From Eledone cirrhosa (lineage: Eukaryota), in NCBI GenBank assembly GCA_964016885.1, contig OZ024746.1:15748001-15812000 (forward strand): a stretch of 64,000 nt of DNA. Reading direction: 5' to 3'. Below, piece by piece: positions 1-14,237 of the stretch (its first letter is position 1; each line of letters opens with the position of its first letter). The notes beneath the pieces were generated by a model, which was not told the origin of the DNA, made no database searches, and saw only the letters and a list, made by a program, of their open reading frames with translations. The translations under genes were made by a program, and so were the position numbers.

Positions 1-354
1 TTGATAAGCTTTACTAATGATTAACATAGAATTATAATAACTGCTGAAAAGAGAGAGGAGAGAGATGATGGGACTGACGGATAGACTGACAATAGATAGA
101 TACACTTATACCAATAGAGAGAGTAATACATACACACACATATACATTGATATACACAGACACCTACACACACATACACACACATACACACACACATGCG
201 CATATACATACACACACATACACACACACATGCGCATATACATACACACACATGCACATACACATACACATATATAGGAAAAGGATACAGAAGGGAAATG
301 AGATGGGGAAAATAGTTTGCCAAATAGATAGACATATCTGAGAGAAACAAATTG

Positions 355-393
<39 letters not shown>

Positions 394-395
<2 letters not shown>

Positions 396-830
396 ATCAT
401 CATCATCATCATCATCAACATTTTATGTCCATTTTACCATCTTTGCATGGGTTGGATGGGTCAGTCCAGTCCAGTACAGCCCATCTCCACTTGTTGAGCT
501 CCTTTGTCATCTCCTCTGTGAGGTCCAGCATTTTAAGATCCTTTCTGAACACTTCTGTTCAGGTCTTCCTCAGTCTTTCTCTCACTGCGGCTTCCCTCTA
601 GTGCTACATGTTGTAGCGGCCATCATCCGTACACATCACATGTTCATACCAGTGCTGTCTTCTCTCCTCTACACACATCTGATTCCACTTATACTAAGTT
701 TCTCTCTCAGTTCTTCCAAGTTTTGATGTTTACATATATTAACATCCATCAGAGTATGTTCACTTCATTTCTCTTCAGCCTCCACATGTCCTCTGCATTC
801 ACTGTCCATGTCTCACTCCAAGCAACATTA
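394..830 (-). mobile_element. Degraded RTE-clade LINE 3' end with (ATG)n tail
   Basis: Minus strand reads SETWTVNAEDMWRLKRNE...EELREKL...HWYEHVM with stops/frameshifts (RTE ORF2 C-terminal motifs); (CAT)n tail at 394-415. Confidence 0.7.
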
Positions 831-1859
831 TACTTCTCACATAGGCATCGTATATTCTATCCTTTGCTCAAAAAGAAAATCCCTTTATTGTCAACAGAGG
901 TAGTAGCTTCCTGAAGCTTTTTTCAATCTTGTTATTATTTTAGCTACTATACTTTCAGAATAACTTCCTCCACTGCTAAATAGGGGACCTTAGGTAACAG
1001 AATCTATCAATAATTTCTATGGTACCTTCCTGGGACTGAGAGAGTATAATTTACTGGTGCTCTTGCTACCAGGAGTTGAGACTAGTGGATAGCAACAATG
1101 GAAGGACCAATGGATATTTGTTTCCTTGGTTCAATTTGATAAGTTCCACCCCACCTGGTAAGCGAATGAGGGCCAGAATCCTGTCAATTAAACCCTACCA
1201 CCACCACCACCACCACCACCACCACCACCACCACCACTACTACCAACTATCTCTATACATCTGTCACATACAATGTCTACATTCCTGTTAGTCTGCCTGT
1301 AATCCCACTCCACCTCTACTGTGCCCCTATTTTACATTGTGAGACCATTGTAAGTCATGTACAGTGATACAGTCATCAAGGGATGGGGTAACAATGAGTT
1401 TAGCAAGGGGTTTAGTGTAGAGGGAAGAGGCTGAGTTCTCAGTCCTCCACTGCCATTTATTGTTCTCCAGATAATAACAGAGAATCTGAAAAATTTGAAT
1501 TGAGGTCTTAAAGTAAATCTAGGAAAAACAAGTTTCAGTTATATATGTATATATATATATGTATATATATATATGTATATATATTTGTATATGTATATAT
1601 GAATATATATATGTATATATATTCATATATACATATGTATATATGAATATATATATGTATATATATTCATATATACATATATATATGTACATATGTATAT
1701 ATGAATATATATATGTATATATATTCATATATATATATATGTACATATGTATATATAAATATATATATATTCACATATATACGTATATGTGTGTGTGTAT
1801 GTGTATATGTTTATATATATATATATGTGTGTATATATCACTATATGTATATAAATATA

Positions 1860-1908
<49 letters not shown>

Positions 1909-1909
<1 letters not shown>

Positions 1910-2215
1910 GAGGCACATGGCTTAGTGGTTAGAGCATTGGCCTTGCAATTGAAAGGTTGTGAGTTCAATTCTCAGACCGGATGATGTATTATTTCCTTGA
2001 GCAAGACACTTTATTTCACATTGTTCCAGTTTACTCAGCTGTAGAAATGACCACTGTAAAGTGGTCATGGAGGTGCCACGGAAAAAAAAGCACCCAGCAC
2101 TCACTGTAAATGAGGTTAGTGTTAAGAAGGGCATCCAGCTGTAGAAATCAAGCCAGAATCAGTTCCCGTCCCACCCTTGCAAGCAGGGAAAAGCGGACAT
2201 AAAATAATGATGATG

Positions 2216-2218
<3 letters not shown>
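1909..2218 (+). mobile_element. tRNA-derived composite SINE with RTE-type 3' tail
   Basis: A box TGGCTTAGTGG, B box GAGTTCAATTC, body TCCTTGAGCAAGACACTTT, tail CCCTTGCAAGCAGGGAAAAGCGGAC+(ATG)n; near-identical copies at 22861-23192 and 56285-56581. Confidence 0.85.
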
Positions 2219-2253
<35 letters not shown>

Positions 2254-2256
<3 letters not shown>

Positions 2257-2314
2257 TTAATATAGATGAGATTCTACAGGACTAGAACTGTTTCATTCAT
2301 TAGAAATCATCAGG
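2254..2314 (-). mobile_element. Fragment of hammerhead-core element (Penelope-like end, family 1) abutting (TA)n
   Basis: Minus strand CTGATGA-TTTC-TAAT-GAAT-GAAAC-AGTTCTA-GTC; same sequence at 27929-28118 and 44411-44593. Confidence 0.6.
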
Positions 2315-2479
2315 AAATAATACATCATCCGGTCTGAGAATTGAACTCACAACCTTTCAATTGCAAGGCCATATATTTGTATATGTGTATATACATGTAT
2401 ATATGTATATATGTTTGTATAAATATATATATATTTGTATATGTGTATATATATATATATACGTATATATGTGCGTGTG

Positions 2480-2517
<38 letters not shown>

Positions 2518-2913
2518 TACACACATATATATAGACAGAAAGAGAAAATGGGAGTGAGAGAGATGATGAGAAGTACCATACAAGAATGTCAGTGAAACAT
2601 AAGCTATCACTGAGTGCATCATCTCCATAGCCAAGACGCTGGCTCAATAGATGAACTTGTAAATAAGAATCATAACTAGCTATGGTTCACTGCTTCACAT
2701 TATGGGATGTGTATGATTGCTGGTGTATAACAGTGCACAGATAATATAATAGAAAACAGCCTTGGCTCATAACAGACAAGCAATGTTTATATTATATATA
2801 TATATATATATTATATATATTATATATATATATATATATATTATACACATACATATACATATATATGTATAAATATATTTATATCATATATATATATTTA
2901 TAATATTTATATT

Positions 2914-2977
<64 letters not shown>

Positions 2978-3071
2978 AATATAAATATTATAAATATATA
3001 TATATGATATAAATGTGTGTATATAATATATATATATATATATAATATTTTTTCAAAATAAGTACACCAGG

Positions 3072-3291
<220 letters not shown>

Positions 3292-3464
3292 ATATATACA
3301 TATATGCTTTAATTGCATATATACATACATTACTTGTATATATATATATATATTATTTGTATATGTTTGCCAAAGGTATTGATGCAGCAGTGATGATTGG
3401 CCAGCTCACAACAGTGTGACAAAAGACTTTGGTATTCATCACTAAATTGTAAAAGATTAAGAAA

Positions 3465-3930
3465 AGAATAACAGCAACAACAACAGTAACAATATTAACA
3501 GCAACAACAACAACAGTAACAATATTAACAGCAACAACAACAACAGTAACAATATTAACAGCAACAACAACAACAGTAACAATATTAACAGCAACAACAA
3601 CAACAGTAACAATATTAACAGCAACAACAACAACAACAGTAACAATATTAACAGCAACAATAATGGCAGCAATAATATTAACAGCAACAATAACATCACA
3701 ACAACAATAACAGCAATAACAGCTCCAGCAGCCATAACTATAACAACAACAACAACAACAGCAACAATAACAATGAAAATAATATCATCATCAGCACCAC
3801 CAGCACCACCACCACCATCAACATCATCACCACCACCACCACCATCACCATCACCATCACCATCATCACCACCGCCACCATCATCATCACCATCATCATC
3901 ATCATCACCACCATCACCACCATCACCATC

Positions 3931-3961
<31 letters not shown>

Positions 3962-3981
3962 CCACCATCACCACCACCACT

Positions 3982-4012
<31 letters not shown>

Positions 4013-4040
4013 CCATCATCATCATCACCATCATCATCAT
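3465..4040. repeat. Compound (AAC)n-based 30-bp minisatellite followed by (CAT/CAC)n microsatellite
   Basis: Repeated AACAGCAACAACAACAACAGTAACAATATT units, then ATC/ACC triplets. Confidence 0.95.
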
Positions 4041-4896
4041 TGACAGAGATGCCTTAACCAAATGCCAATATATAATTCTATAAAGAGAAACCACACATTA
4101 AGTTGGTTGACTGACTGAATAATTAAACCCTCCCACAAAATACCTTGTGGTATTTATCTGAGATCAAATCCTGTCTGGTTCAATAAAATAAAATACCAAT
4201 CAAGTTTTGGTAATGATTTAATATTTAATATTTAACAAATTAATTCTAAATATTGAAGATGTCTTTTTCAGCTGGTAGGATTATTTATATATTTATTTAT
4301 TTATTTAATAAATTTAAACGTCTGTATAGAGCTAGTAAGCCACGACAGATTAAAAGAAGTATCTAGTACTTCTCACAGTTGAGAACCAAAAACAAGATAT
4401 TCAGAGATAAGTGAATATGATAATAAAAATTAAATTTAAAAAATTAAATTAAATTGAATTAAATTAAAAAAATTAAATAGCAAAGGCCAACTGGAGACAA
4501 AATAAACAAAAAAAAAAAAGATAAAGAAAAAATGGGAGGCAAGGGAAACTGTGAAGCAGCTAGGAGGTTCTGTTGTTGAATCTTTTTCTAACTTCCATCT
4601 ACTCAAAGATTTTCTTTATAGTTGGTAGATTAAGTATTGAGTGCAGAGTTTGTTACTAATTTATCTGGTAGCCTCAGCTCAATAGAAACCAGATATTGAA
4701 GGCAGTTGTGGCCTGATGAAGTGTGTTGTTTCTTAGTATCTGTAGAGGGGGGTGGCTTTTAATTTTAATTTTATTGGGTAGTTTAGGTTTGTTGTCATTA
4801 GTTGTTGGGTAGGACTGTGTAGAGAAATATTAACTTTTTTAATGAAAGTAGATTGATTTTCTTTAAATACTTTTCTATATACATACAACATAATAT

Positions 4897-4929
<33 letters not shown>

Positions 4930-4939
4930 GTAATAATAA

Positions 4940-5317
4940 GCCCCGCTTTTGCTTTTTGGAATACTTCAAAAGGCCTGCTTGCTGGGAACAGCAAGAACCC
5001 TCTGATATGTCCTGAATATCTGAGGCTGCAGGTAGCGACTTGACATTCATTTCAACAAACTTTCCAGTTAAATAACTGTTTCTATGTTAGGCACAAGGCC
5101 AGCAATTACCCAGTACATTACTGGTACTTTATTTTATCGACCCCGTAAGTATGAAAGGAAAAGTTAACCGTGGCGGGATTTGAACTCAGATCATGAAGGG
5201 CCATAACTATGCTACAAAGCATGGTGTCTGGCGCTCTAACGATACTGCCAATCCACCGCCCTTAAATAACATCAATGACTGAGACTCAAAGAACAATAAT
5301 AATAATAATAATAATAA
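4940..5317 (+). mobile_element. 5'-truncated R4/Dong-type non-LTR element 3' end, interrupted by a SINE, (TAA)n on both sides
   Basis: Reads FGILQKACLLGTARTL*YVLNI*, matching the end of ORF 39230-39919; 3' UTR split by SINE with TTAAATAAC duplicated on both sides; TAA repeats at 4931 and 5295-5317. Confidence 0.85.
5077..5261 (-). mobile_element. tRNA-derived SINE (core CTTTCATCCTTACGGGGTCGATAAAATAAAGTACCAG)
   Basis: Reverse complement of the 25297-25483 copy; 9-bp target-site duplication TTAAATAAC. Confidence 0.9.
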
Positions 5318-5998
5318 ATATGAAGACTAAAATCCAAAGAGGGCTTGATAAGGATTATATATATATGTTCAGGTGTCTTGTGGTCATAAATTATCAAAGC
5401 AATATCTTTCCAACCATACAGGGACCGGTACTAGACACTAGTCTATGTGTAACTAAGTTTTGTTAGATAGTGTGAGTAATAAAAGAGACTCTGAGGGTGG
5501 GTGGTATAACGACATACATGAATGTCTCCTTTACATGGCTCCTTTGTGTTATGAAGGGCATTCAACCATAGAAATCATGCCAAAATGGAACCTATGAATA
5601 AGATATGGTCATTGGACATGTCTAATCTCAGAATGTGATAACCTGTCTAACCCATAACTGTGAGGTAAACAGATGTAACATGGGCATGATGATAACAATT
5701 ATTATGATGGGTGTATGCGTTATAAGTGTGTGTTTGTGTGTGTTTGCGTGTGTGTGTGTGTGTGTACGCCAATGCTTCACAAAATACAAATAACTACATA
5801 GATAAATAGATAGATAAATAGATAGATAGATATTCATATATATATATAAAAAAAGAAAATTTCGCCCTACATGGCTGACGCCAACACAAGAGCAAAAATG
5901 AAGAGTTCATTCTACTGTAATGGCTTTAAAAATGAGGCTTGTTTGCATAATTGCAAACGAATTGAATGTTATTATTAATATTCGAAAAACTCAGATTA

Positions 5999-6029
<31 letters not shown>

Positions 6030-6899
6030 ATTGTTTAGAAGAAAATATATATATATATTTTTTTTCTTCTAAACAATTGACAAGATCCCAGGCCTCACTA
6101 ACCAATCAGGGGTGGAACTTGTTAAATTGGACCAAGGAAACAATGTTTCTATTAATCTTTCCTGTTGCTGTTACTACCTACCAGTGGCAACTCCTGGCAG
6201 AAAGAGTAATGGGAAATAAAGAGTCTTGTCCAAGGACATAACGTCACACTTAGTCCAGGAATCAAACTTGCAAGCTCACGATTGTGAATCCAGTTCTCTA
6301 ACCACTAAGCCATGCCCACTCACATATAGATGTATGAATCTATTAATTTATTTTTCTTGGAACAAAAAAAAAAAAAATGTAATAAAATAAAATGAAGTAG
6401 ATGTAAAAAAAAAAAGATGTGAATCATTTATTATTTTTTTTTTTTATTATTATTATTTAATTGAAGTTTGTTTGTTGGAGAGCACCGACCTCAATTAGAG
6501 CTTAATTGATCAGTGACACCAACAATGCCACGAAAATCTTTAGATATATCTACAAACTCACATCCATTGTATATGATATACCTCTTCTTCCTGTTTCTCT
6601 GCTCTAGAAAGAACACATATGGGGTGGGGTACGTTAGGGGTGCTGGTTTAATAATTGACAGTTTTCAAGGAGAGCGTGAGAAAACATAGCAAATCTCTCT
6701 GGCTGATGTGTCTGAGGGGTGGGGTGGTAATTAAGGGCCATTTAAGGAGCTCATCATTAAGTGGTTAGGGGTGGATCTAAAGAAGCTGTGCAATCTATTG
6801 TCAACAGTTTTACCAATGTGGCAATCATTAGCAAAATAATAATAAGGATGTTATGAGTAATAATAATAGTAATAATAATAATAATAGATGGTAAAGTGG

Positions 6900-8604
6900 A
6901 CGTTAAACAGTTATGATGATAATAATGATGGTGATGATGGTGGTGGCAACAGTAGTAGTAGTAGTTGTAGTTGTAGTAGTAGTAGTAGTAGTAGTAATAA
7001 TAGTAGTAGTGGTGGTGGTGGTAGTAGTAGTAGTGGTGGTGGTGGTGGTGGTGGTAGTGGTGGTGGTAATAGTAGTAGTAGTGGTGGTGGTGGTGGTAGT
7101 GGTAGTAGTAGTAGTGGTGGTGGTGGTGGTAGTGGTGGTAGTAGTAGTAGTAGTAGTTGTATAGTTCTTCAGTTGTATTACTCAAGAGAATTGTGATAAT
7201 TATTTATGTGAGTGGTGGTGGTGGTGGTGTGGGTGGGGTACTAGTGTAGTGGTGGTGTGGGTGGGGTACTAGTGTAGTGGTGGTGTGGGTGGGGTACTAG
7301 CGTAGTGCTAGTGGTGGTTGAGGGTGTGTGTGTGTGTTATATAACTAAATATAAAGAAAACTAGCTGAGCTGGTGGTGGGGTGGGTGGGGTTTGGTTAAT
7401 GGTGGGGTGTTATGAGTGGTGGTGGTGGAAGTGGTGGTGGTGGTGGTGGTAGTGTTGGTGGTAGTGGTGGTGTTGGCTGGGTTATGAGTGGTGGTGGTGG
7501 TGGTGGTGGTGGTAGTGTTGGTGGTAGTGGTGGTGTTGGCTGGGTTATGAGTGGTGGTGGTGGTAGCGGTGGTGTTGGCTGGGTTATGAGTGGTGGTGGT
7601 GGTGGTGGTGGTGGTGGTAGTGGTGGTGTTGACTGGGTTATGAGTGGTGGTGGTAGTGGTGGTGTTGGCTGGGTTATGAGTGGTGGTGGTGGTGGTGGTG
7701 ATGCTGGTGGTGGTGGTGGTGGTGGTGGTGGTAGTGGGGCGTTCTACTATATAAGTAAGTATAAAGAGAATTAATTGAGCTGCTGGTAGTGGTGGTGGAA
7801 GTGGGAGTGTGGAGTGTGGTGGTGGTGGTGTTGATGGTGGTGGTGGTGGTGATGGTGGTGGTGGTGGTAGTGGGAGTGTGGAGTGTGGTGGTGGTGGTGT
7901 TGATGGTGGTGGTGGTGGTGGTGGTGGTGGTAGTGGTGGTGGTGGTGGAGATGGTGGTGGTAGTGATGCTGGTGGTGCTGGTGGTGGTGCTGGTGGTGGT
8001 AGTGGTGGTGATGATGGTGGTGCTGGTGGTGGTGGTAGTGGTGGTGGTGATGCTGGTGGTGGTAGTGATGCTGGTGGTGGTGGTGGTGGTGGTGGTGGTA
8101 GTGGTGGGTATGGTGGTGGTGGTAGTGGTGGTGGTGGTGCTGGTGGTGGTGGTGGTGGTAGTGGTGGTGGTAGTGGTGGGTATGGTGATGCTGGTGGTGG
8201 TGGTGGTGGTGGTAGTGGTGATGCTGGTGGTGGTAGTGGTGGTGGTAGTGGTGGGTATGGTGGTGGTGGTGGTGCTGGTGGTGGTGGTGGTGCTGGTGGT
8301 GCTGGTGGAGGTGGTGGTGGTGGTGGTGGTGGTGTTGCTGGTGGTGGTGGTGGTGGTGCTGGTGGTGGTGGTGGAGGTGGTGGTGGTGGTGGTGGTAGTG
8401 GTGGGTATGGTGGTGGTGGGTATGCTGGTGGTGGTGGTGGTGGTGGTGGTGATGCTGGTGATGGTGGTGGTGGTGGTGGTAGTGATGCTGGTGGTGGTGG
8501 TGGTGATGCTGGTGGTGGTGGGTATGGTGGTGGTGGTGGTGGTGGTGGTGGTAGTGGTGGGTATGGTGGTGGTGGGTATGCTGGTGGTGGTGGTGGTGGT
8601 GGGG
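6900..8604. repeat. (GGT/AGT)n low-complexity tract with higher-order units
   Basis: Poly-GGT with recurring GGCTGGGTTATGAGT and GATGCT/GGGTAT interruptions. Confidence 0.95.
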
Positions 8605-8698
8605 TCAGCATGTAAACCCCTCACCAAGTAGTTCTCATACATTGAACACTTTGATTTAAATGACCAATGATGACACATCTTTCTTAACACCTTTTATT

Positions 8699-9785
8699 TC
8701 TGTAGTCATCACCATCACCATCACCATCACAACTGTAGTCACCATCACCATCACCATCACAACTGTAGTCACCATCACCATCACCATCACAACTGTAGTC
8801 ATCATCATCATCACCATCACAACTGTAGTCACCATCACCATCACCATCACAACTGTAGTCATCATCATCATCACCATCACAACTGTAGTCATCATCATCA
8901 TCACCATCACAACTGTAGTCATCATCATCATCACCATCACAACTGTAGTCATCATCATCATCACCATCACAACTGTAGTCATCATCATCATCACCATCAC
9001 AACTGTAGTCACCATCACCATCACCATCACAACTGTAGTCATCATCATCATCACCATCACAACTGTAGTCACCATCACCATCACCATCACAACTGTAGTC
9101 ATCATCATCATCACCATCACAACTGTAGTCATCATCATCATCACCATCACAACTGTAGTCATCATCATCATCACCATCACAACTGTAGTCATTACCATCA
9201 TCATCATCATCATCATCATCACCATCACAACTGTAGTCATCATCATCATCACCATCACAACTGTAGTCACCATCATCATCACCATCATCATCACCATCAC
9301 AACTGTAGTCACCATCATCATCACCATCACAACTGTAGTCATCATCATCACCATCACCATCACAACTGTAGTCATCATCACCATCACCATCACAACGGTA
9401 GTCATCATCACCATCACAACTGTAGTCATTACCATCATCATCATCATCATCATCATCACCATCACAACTGTAGTCACCATCATCATCACCATCACAACTG
9501 TAGTCATCATCACCATCACCATCACAACGGTAGTCATCATCACCATCACAACTGTAGTCATTACCATCATCACCATCATCATCATCATCACCATCACAAC
9601 TGTAGTCATCATCACCATCACCATCACAACGGTAGTCATCATCACCATCACAACTGTAGTCATTACCATCATCATCATCACCATCATCATCACCATCACA
9701 ACTGTAGTCATCATCATCATCACCATCACAACTGTAGTCATCATCATCATCACCATCACAACGGTAGTCATCATCATCATCATCG
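8699..9785. repeat. ~30-bp minisatellite AACTGTAGTC(ATC/ACC)n
   Basis: Repeated AACTGTAGTC anchor; exact 30-bp period at 8731-9190, variable triplet counts afterwards. Confidence 0.95.
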
Positions 9786-9915
9786 GCATCATTGTCAAAA
9801 TCATCATGATCTTCAGCACCATTATCATCATCATCAACATCATCACCCCCGCCAACATCACTGTCATCATTTCCATATCATCTTCACCACCACCACCACC
9901 ACCACCACCACCACC

Positions 9916-9947
<32 letters not shown>

Positions 9948-10169
9948 TATCATCACCAACACCATCATCATCGTTATCACCATCATCATCATTGACTTCA
10001 TTATCCTTATCATCATCCCCACCAATTTTCATCAGCATCCTCATCATCATCACCATCATCATCATCATCACTCTATCATTGTCATCATCATCACCGTCAT
10101 CAGAAGCACTGAAAGTGACATCGTAATCATCCTCATCCCACTCCTCTTACTCATCATCATCATGACCTT

Positions 10170-12175
10170 AACAACAACTACAACAACCACAACCACCACA
10201 ACAACAACAACAACTACAACAACCACCACCACCACCACCTCAACAACTACTGCAACAACCACCACCACCATCACCACCACCTCAACAACAACTACAACAA
10301 CCACCACCACCTCAACAACAACTACAACAATCACCACCACCACCACAACCACCATCATCACCATCACCACCACCTCAACAACAACTACAACAACCACCAC
10401 CACCACCACCTCAACAACAACTACAACAACCACCACCATCACCACCACCTCAACAACAACTACAACAATCACCACCACCACCACAACCACCATCACCACC
10501 ATCACCACCACCTCAACAACAACTACAACAATCACCACCACCACCACAACCACCATCACCACCATCACCACCACCTCAACAACAACTACAACAATCACCA
10601 CCACCACCACAACCACCATCACCACCACCACCTCAACAACAACTACAACAATCACCACCACCACCACAACCACCATCACCACCACCACCACCACCTCAAC
10701 AACAACTACAACAATCACCACCACCACCACCACCACAACCACCATCACCACCACCACCTCAACAACAACTACAACAATCACCACCACCACCACAACCACC
10801 ATCACCACCACCACCACCACCTCAACAACAACTACAACAATCACCACCACCACCACAACCACCATCACCACCATCACCACCACCTCAACAACAACTACAA
10901 CAATCACCACCACCACCACCACAACCACCATCACCACCACCACCACCACCACAAACACCATCACCACCACCACCTCAACAACAACTACAACAATCACCAC
11001 CACCACCACAACCACCATCACCACCATCACCACCACCTCAACAACAACTACAACAATCACCACCACCACCACCACAACCACCATCACCACCACCACCACC
11101 ACCACAAACACCATCACCACCACCACCTCAACAACAACTACAACAATCACCACCACCACCACCACAACCACCATCACCACCATCACCACCACCTCAACAA
11201 CAACTACAACAATCACCACCACCACCACAACCACCATCACCACCATCACCACCACCTCAACAACAACTACAACAATCACCACCACCACCACAACCACCAT
11301 CACCACCATCACCACCACCTCAACAACAACTACAACAATCACCACCACCACCACAACCACCATCACCACCATCACCACCACCTCAACAACAACTACAACA
11401 ATCACCACCACCACCACAACCACCATCACCACCATCACCACCACCTCAACAACAACTACAACAATCACCACCACCACCACAACCACCATCACCACCATCA
11501 CCACCACCTCAACAACAACTACAACAATCACCACCACCACCACAACCACCATCACCACCATCACCACCACCTCAACAACAACTACAACAATCACCACCAC
11601 CACCACAACCACCATCACCACCATCACCACCACCTCAACAACAACTACAACAATCACCACCACCACCACAAACACCATCACCACCATCACCACCACCTCA
11701 ACAACAACTACAACAATCACCACCACCACCACAACCACCATCACCACCACCACCTCAACAACAACTACAACAATCACCACCACCACCACAACCACCATCA
11801 CCACCATCACCACCACCTCAACAACAACTACAACAATCACCACCACCACCACAAACACCATCACCACCATCACCACCACCTCAACAACAACTACAACAAT
11901 CACCACCACCACCACAACCACCATCACCACCACCACCTCAACAACAACTACAACAATCACCACCACCACCACAAACACCATCACCACCACCACCACCACC
12001 TCAACAACAACTACAACAATCACCACCACCACCACCACAACCACCATCACCACCACCACCACCACCTCAACAACAACTACAACAATCACCACCACCACCA
12101 CCACCTCAACAACAACTACAACAATCACCACCACCACCACAACCACAACAGCAACAACAACTGCACCACCACCAT
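10170..12175. repeat. ~51-bp compound (ACC/ACA) minisatellite
   Basis: Repeated CCTCAACAACAACTACAACAATC anchor separated by ACC runs. Confidence 0.95.
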
Positions 12176-12601
12176 AATCACAAAAACTGCCACAAAGTAG
12201 GATTTAATTACCCATTAATAGGGCTTCAACTGTGGCCCCTAATTATGACGGACTGGGGGGGTGGGGTGGGGGCACAGTAATAATTCTGATAGCAGTTTCA
12301 CATTTTCCCATAAAACTCTTGCAGAACAAAATAAAGGACTAAATAGATACATACACATATACATATATAGATGCACAGCCACTCACACACAGATACACAG
12401 CCACTCGCATACACAGATACACACATACATACGCACACATACATACACATACTCATGCACTCACACACAAACATATATATACAAATATATATACAAATGC
12501 AGATATATACAAATATATATACAAATGCAGACATTTGTATATACAAATGTAGATATATACAAATGCAGACATACATACACACATATGTATGTGTGTGTGT
12601 G

Positions 12602-12647
<46 letters not shown>

Positions 12648-12648
12648 C

Positions 12649-13272
12649 AACTCGAGAGAAGACTACGTTGGTATGGTCACGTGATGCGCATGAAAGATGA
12701 CAGCTGTATATAAAAGTGCAGGGCAATAAAAATAGACGGTAGCCACGGAGTAGGCAGACCCAGAAAAACCTGGGACGACTTCATAAACTCCGACCTCACA
12801 CACTTACACCTCTCCAAGACAATGTCACTGGACCGAGATCTTTGGCGCTACACAGTAATAGAGGAGACCCGCCTTACCTAAGTGCAAAGTGAAACCTACT
12901 ACAGTCAGTAGGTACCTCTAACAAAATACACCCCCGTCCCACTACCCCCCACCCTATCCACACCACCCCTTTCAATGTAAAGTTATGTTGGTACCACAAC
13001 ATCCAGCCCGAAACAAATGAGGTTGTGTAGGTGTCACGACAAAAAAACACACAGTCCACTCTGTAATGTGGCCGTGTAGGCAACACGGTAAAAACCTCCC
13101 AGTTCCACACTGTAAATGTGGTTGGTGTTAGGAAGGGCATCCAGCTGTAGAAAACCCGCCAGACAGTCCTATGCGAGCAAGACAACCACTCTTGCCTCAA
13201 GTGGGAAAACTCCCGTCCAAACCCATGCGAGCGTGGAATATGGACGTTAAACGAAGATGATGATGATGATGA
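12649..13272 (+). mobile_element. 5'-truncated RTE LINE (ORF2 C-terminus, 3' UTR, (GAT)n tail)
   Basis: LERRLRWYGHVMRMKDDSCI*KCRAIKIDGSHGVGRPRKTWDD...DRDLWR; 3' UTR with GGTTGGTGTTAGGAAGGGCATCCAGCTGTAGAAA; sister 3' UTR at 44896-45245 (-). Confidence 0.9.
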
Positions 13273-13619
13273 TATATATATATATCACTCACACACACAA
13301 GATATGCAAGCAGGGAAAAGCGGGCGTAAAATGATGATGATGATGATGATATATATCACTCACACACACATAATATATATTATATTTATATACATATATA
13401 TATCTGTGTGTGTGTGTATTGAACAATGAAAACAAAACAAGTCAGAGATAGGTAATTTAATTAGTTCATTGTTTTACGATCATTTCAGAGGGTTGATTGA
13501 TCATAGAAAATCGATATATTGATTAGCATGGTAGTGGTTACATCACTACCTGTTTCTAGTCTCAAAATACTTGATCTATCGCACTGTCTTCTTCAGAGAC
13601 AATGAACTAATTTTATTTG

Positions 13620-13664
<45 letters not shown>

Positions 13665-14237
13665 ATTGTAAGGTTTTTAAAATGTCCCACACGAGGAAAA
13701 ATATAAGCAATAGAAATTTAAAATGCAAATGGTGTCTTTTAAGAATATTTATTTACTTTACTGGTTTCACAGTTCTTATGATTTTCAAAAGTAAAATTGA
13801 AATGGAGGGTTTGTGTTTTTGTTGTGGTTTGTCTCACATCTAGTTGGAGTTAAAAAATTCTTTCTGTTTTGTACAAAAAAAAAAAAAAAATGGCTCAGAT
13901 TGCTATTTGTTTAAATTGTAATTTTGTTGTTTGACAACAGTCACATGATTAGGTAAGGTAATGTTTGCGCCAGAAAAAGTGGCTCAAAATTGCTCTTTGC
14001 CTTTTTATATGTTTGTGACAGTCACGTGATTAGCCAAAAATGGATGGTCAATATGACCAACTAAATCAAGGTGGTGCTCCAGTATGGCCACTGTCTAATG
14101 ACTGAAATCAGTAAAAGAATAAGATAAAAAAGGTCATCCATTTCTGTATATCTATAAGATATATTTCTAAAAGATCAACTATTATATTTAATATTTTTGT
14201 GTTTAAGTTTCTGTGTTTAAATTAAAAGGTATAAGTA

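Noticed and set aside
7361-12177. Long ORFs (416-692 aa; poly-Pro/Thr/Val/Gly/Ile) resembling extensin, mucin or glycine-rich proteins
   Set aside because: Open in several frames on both strands because triplet repeats lack stops; no signal peptide, unique domain or splice context
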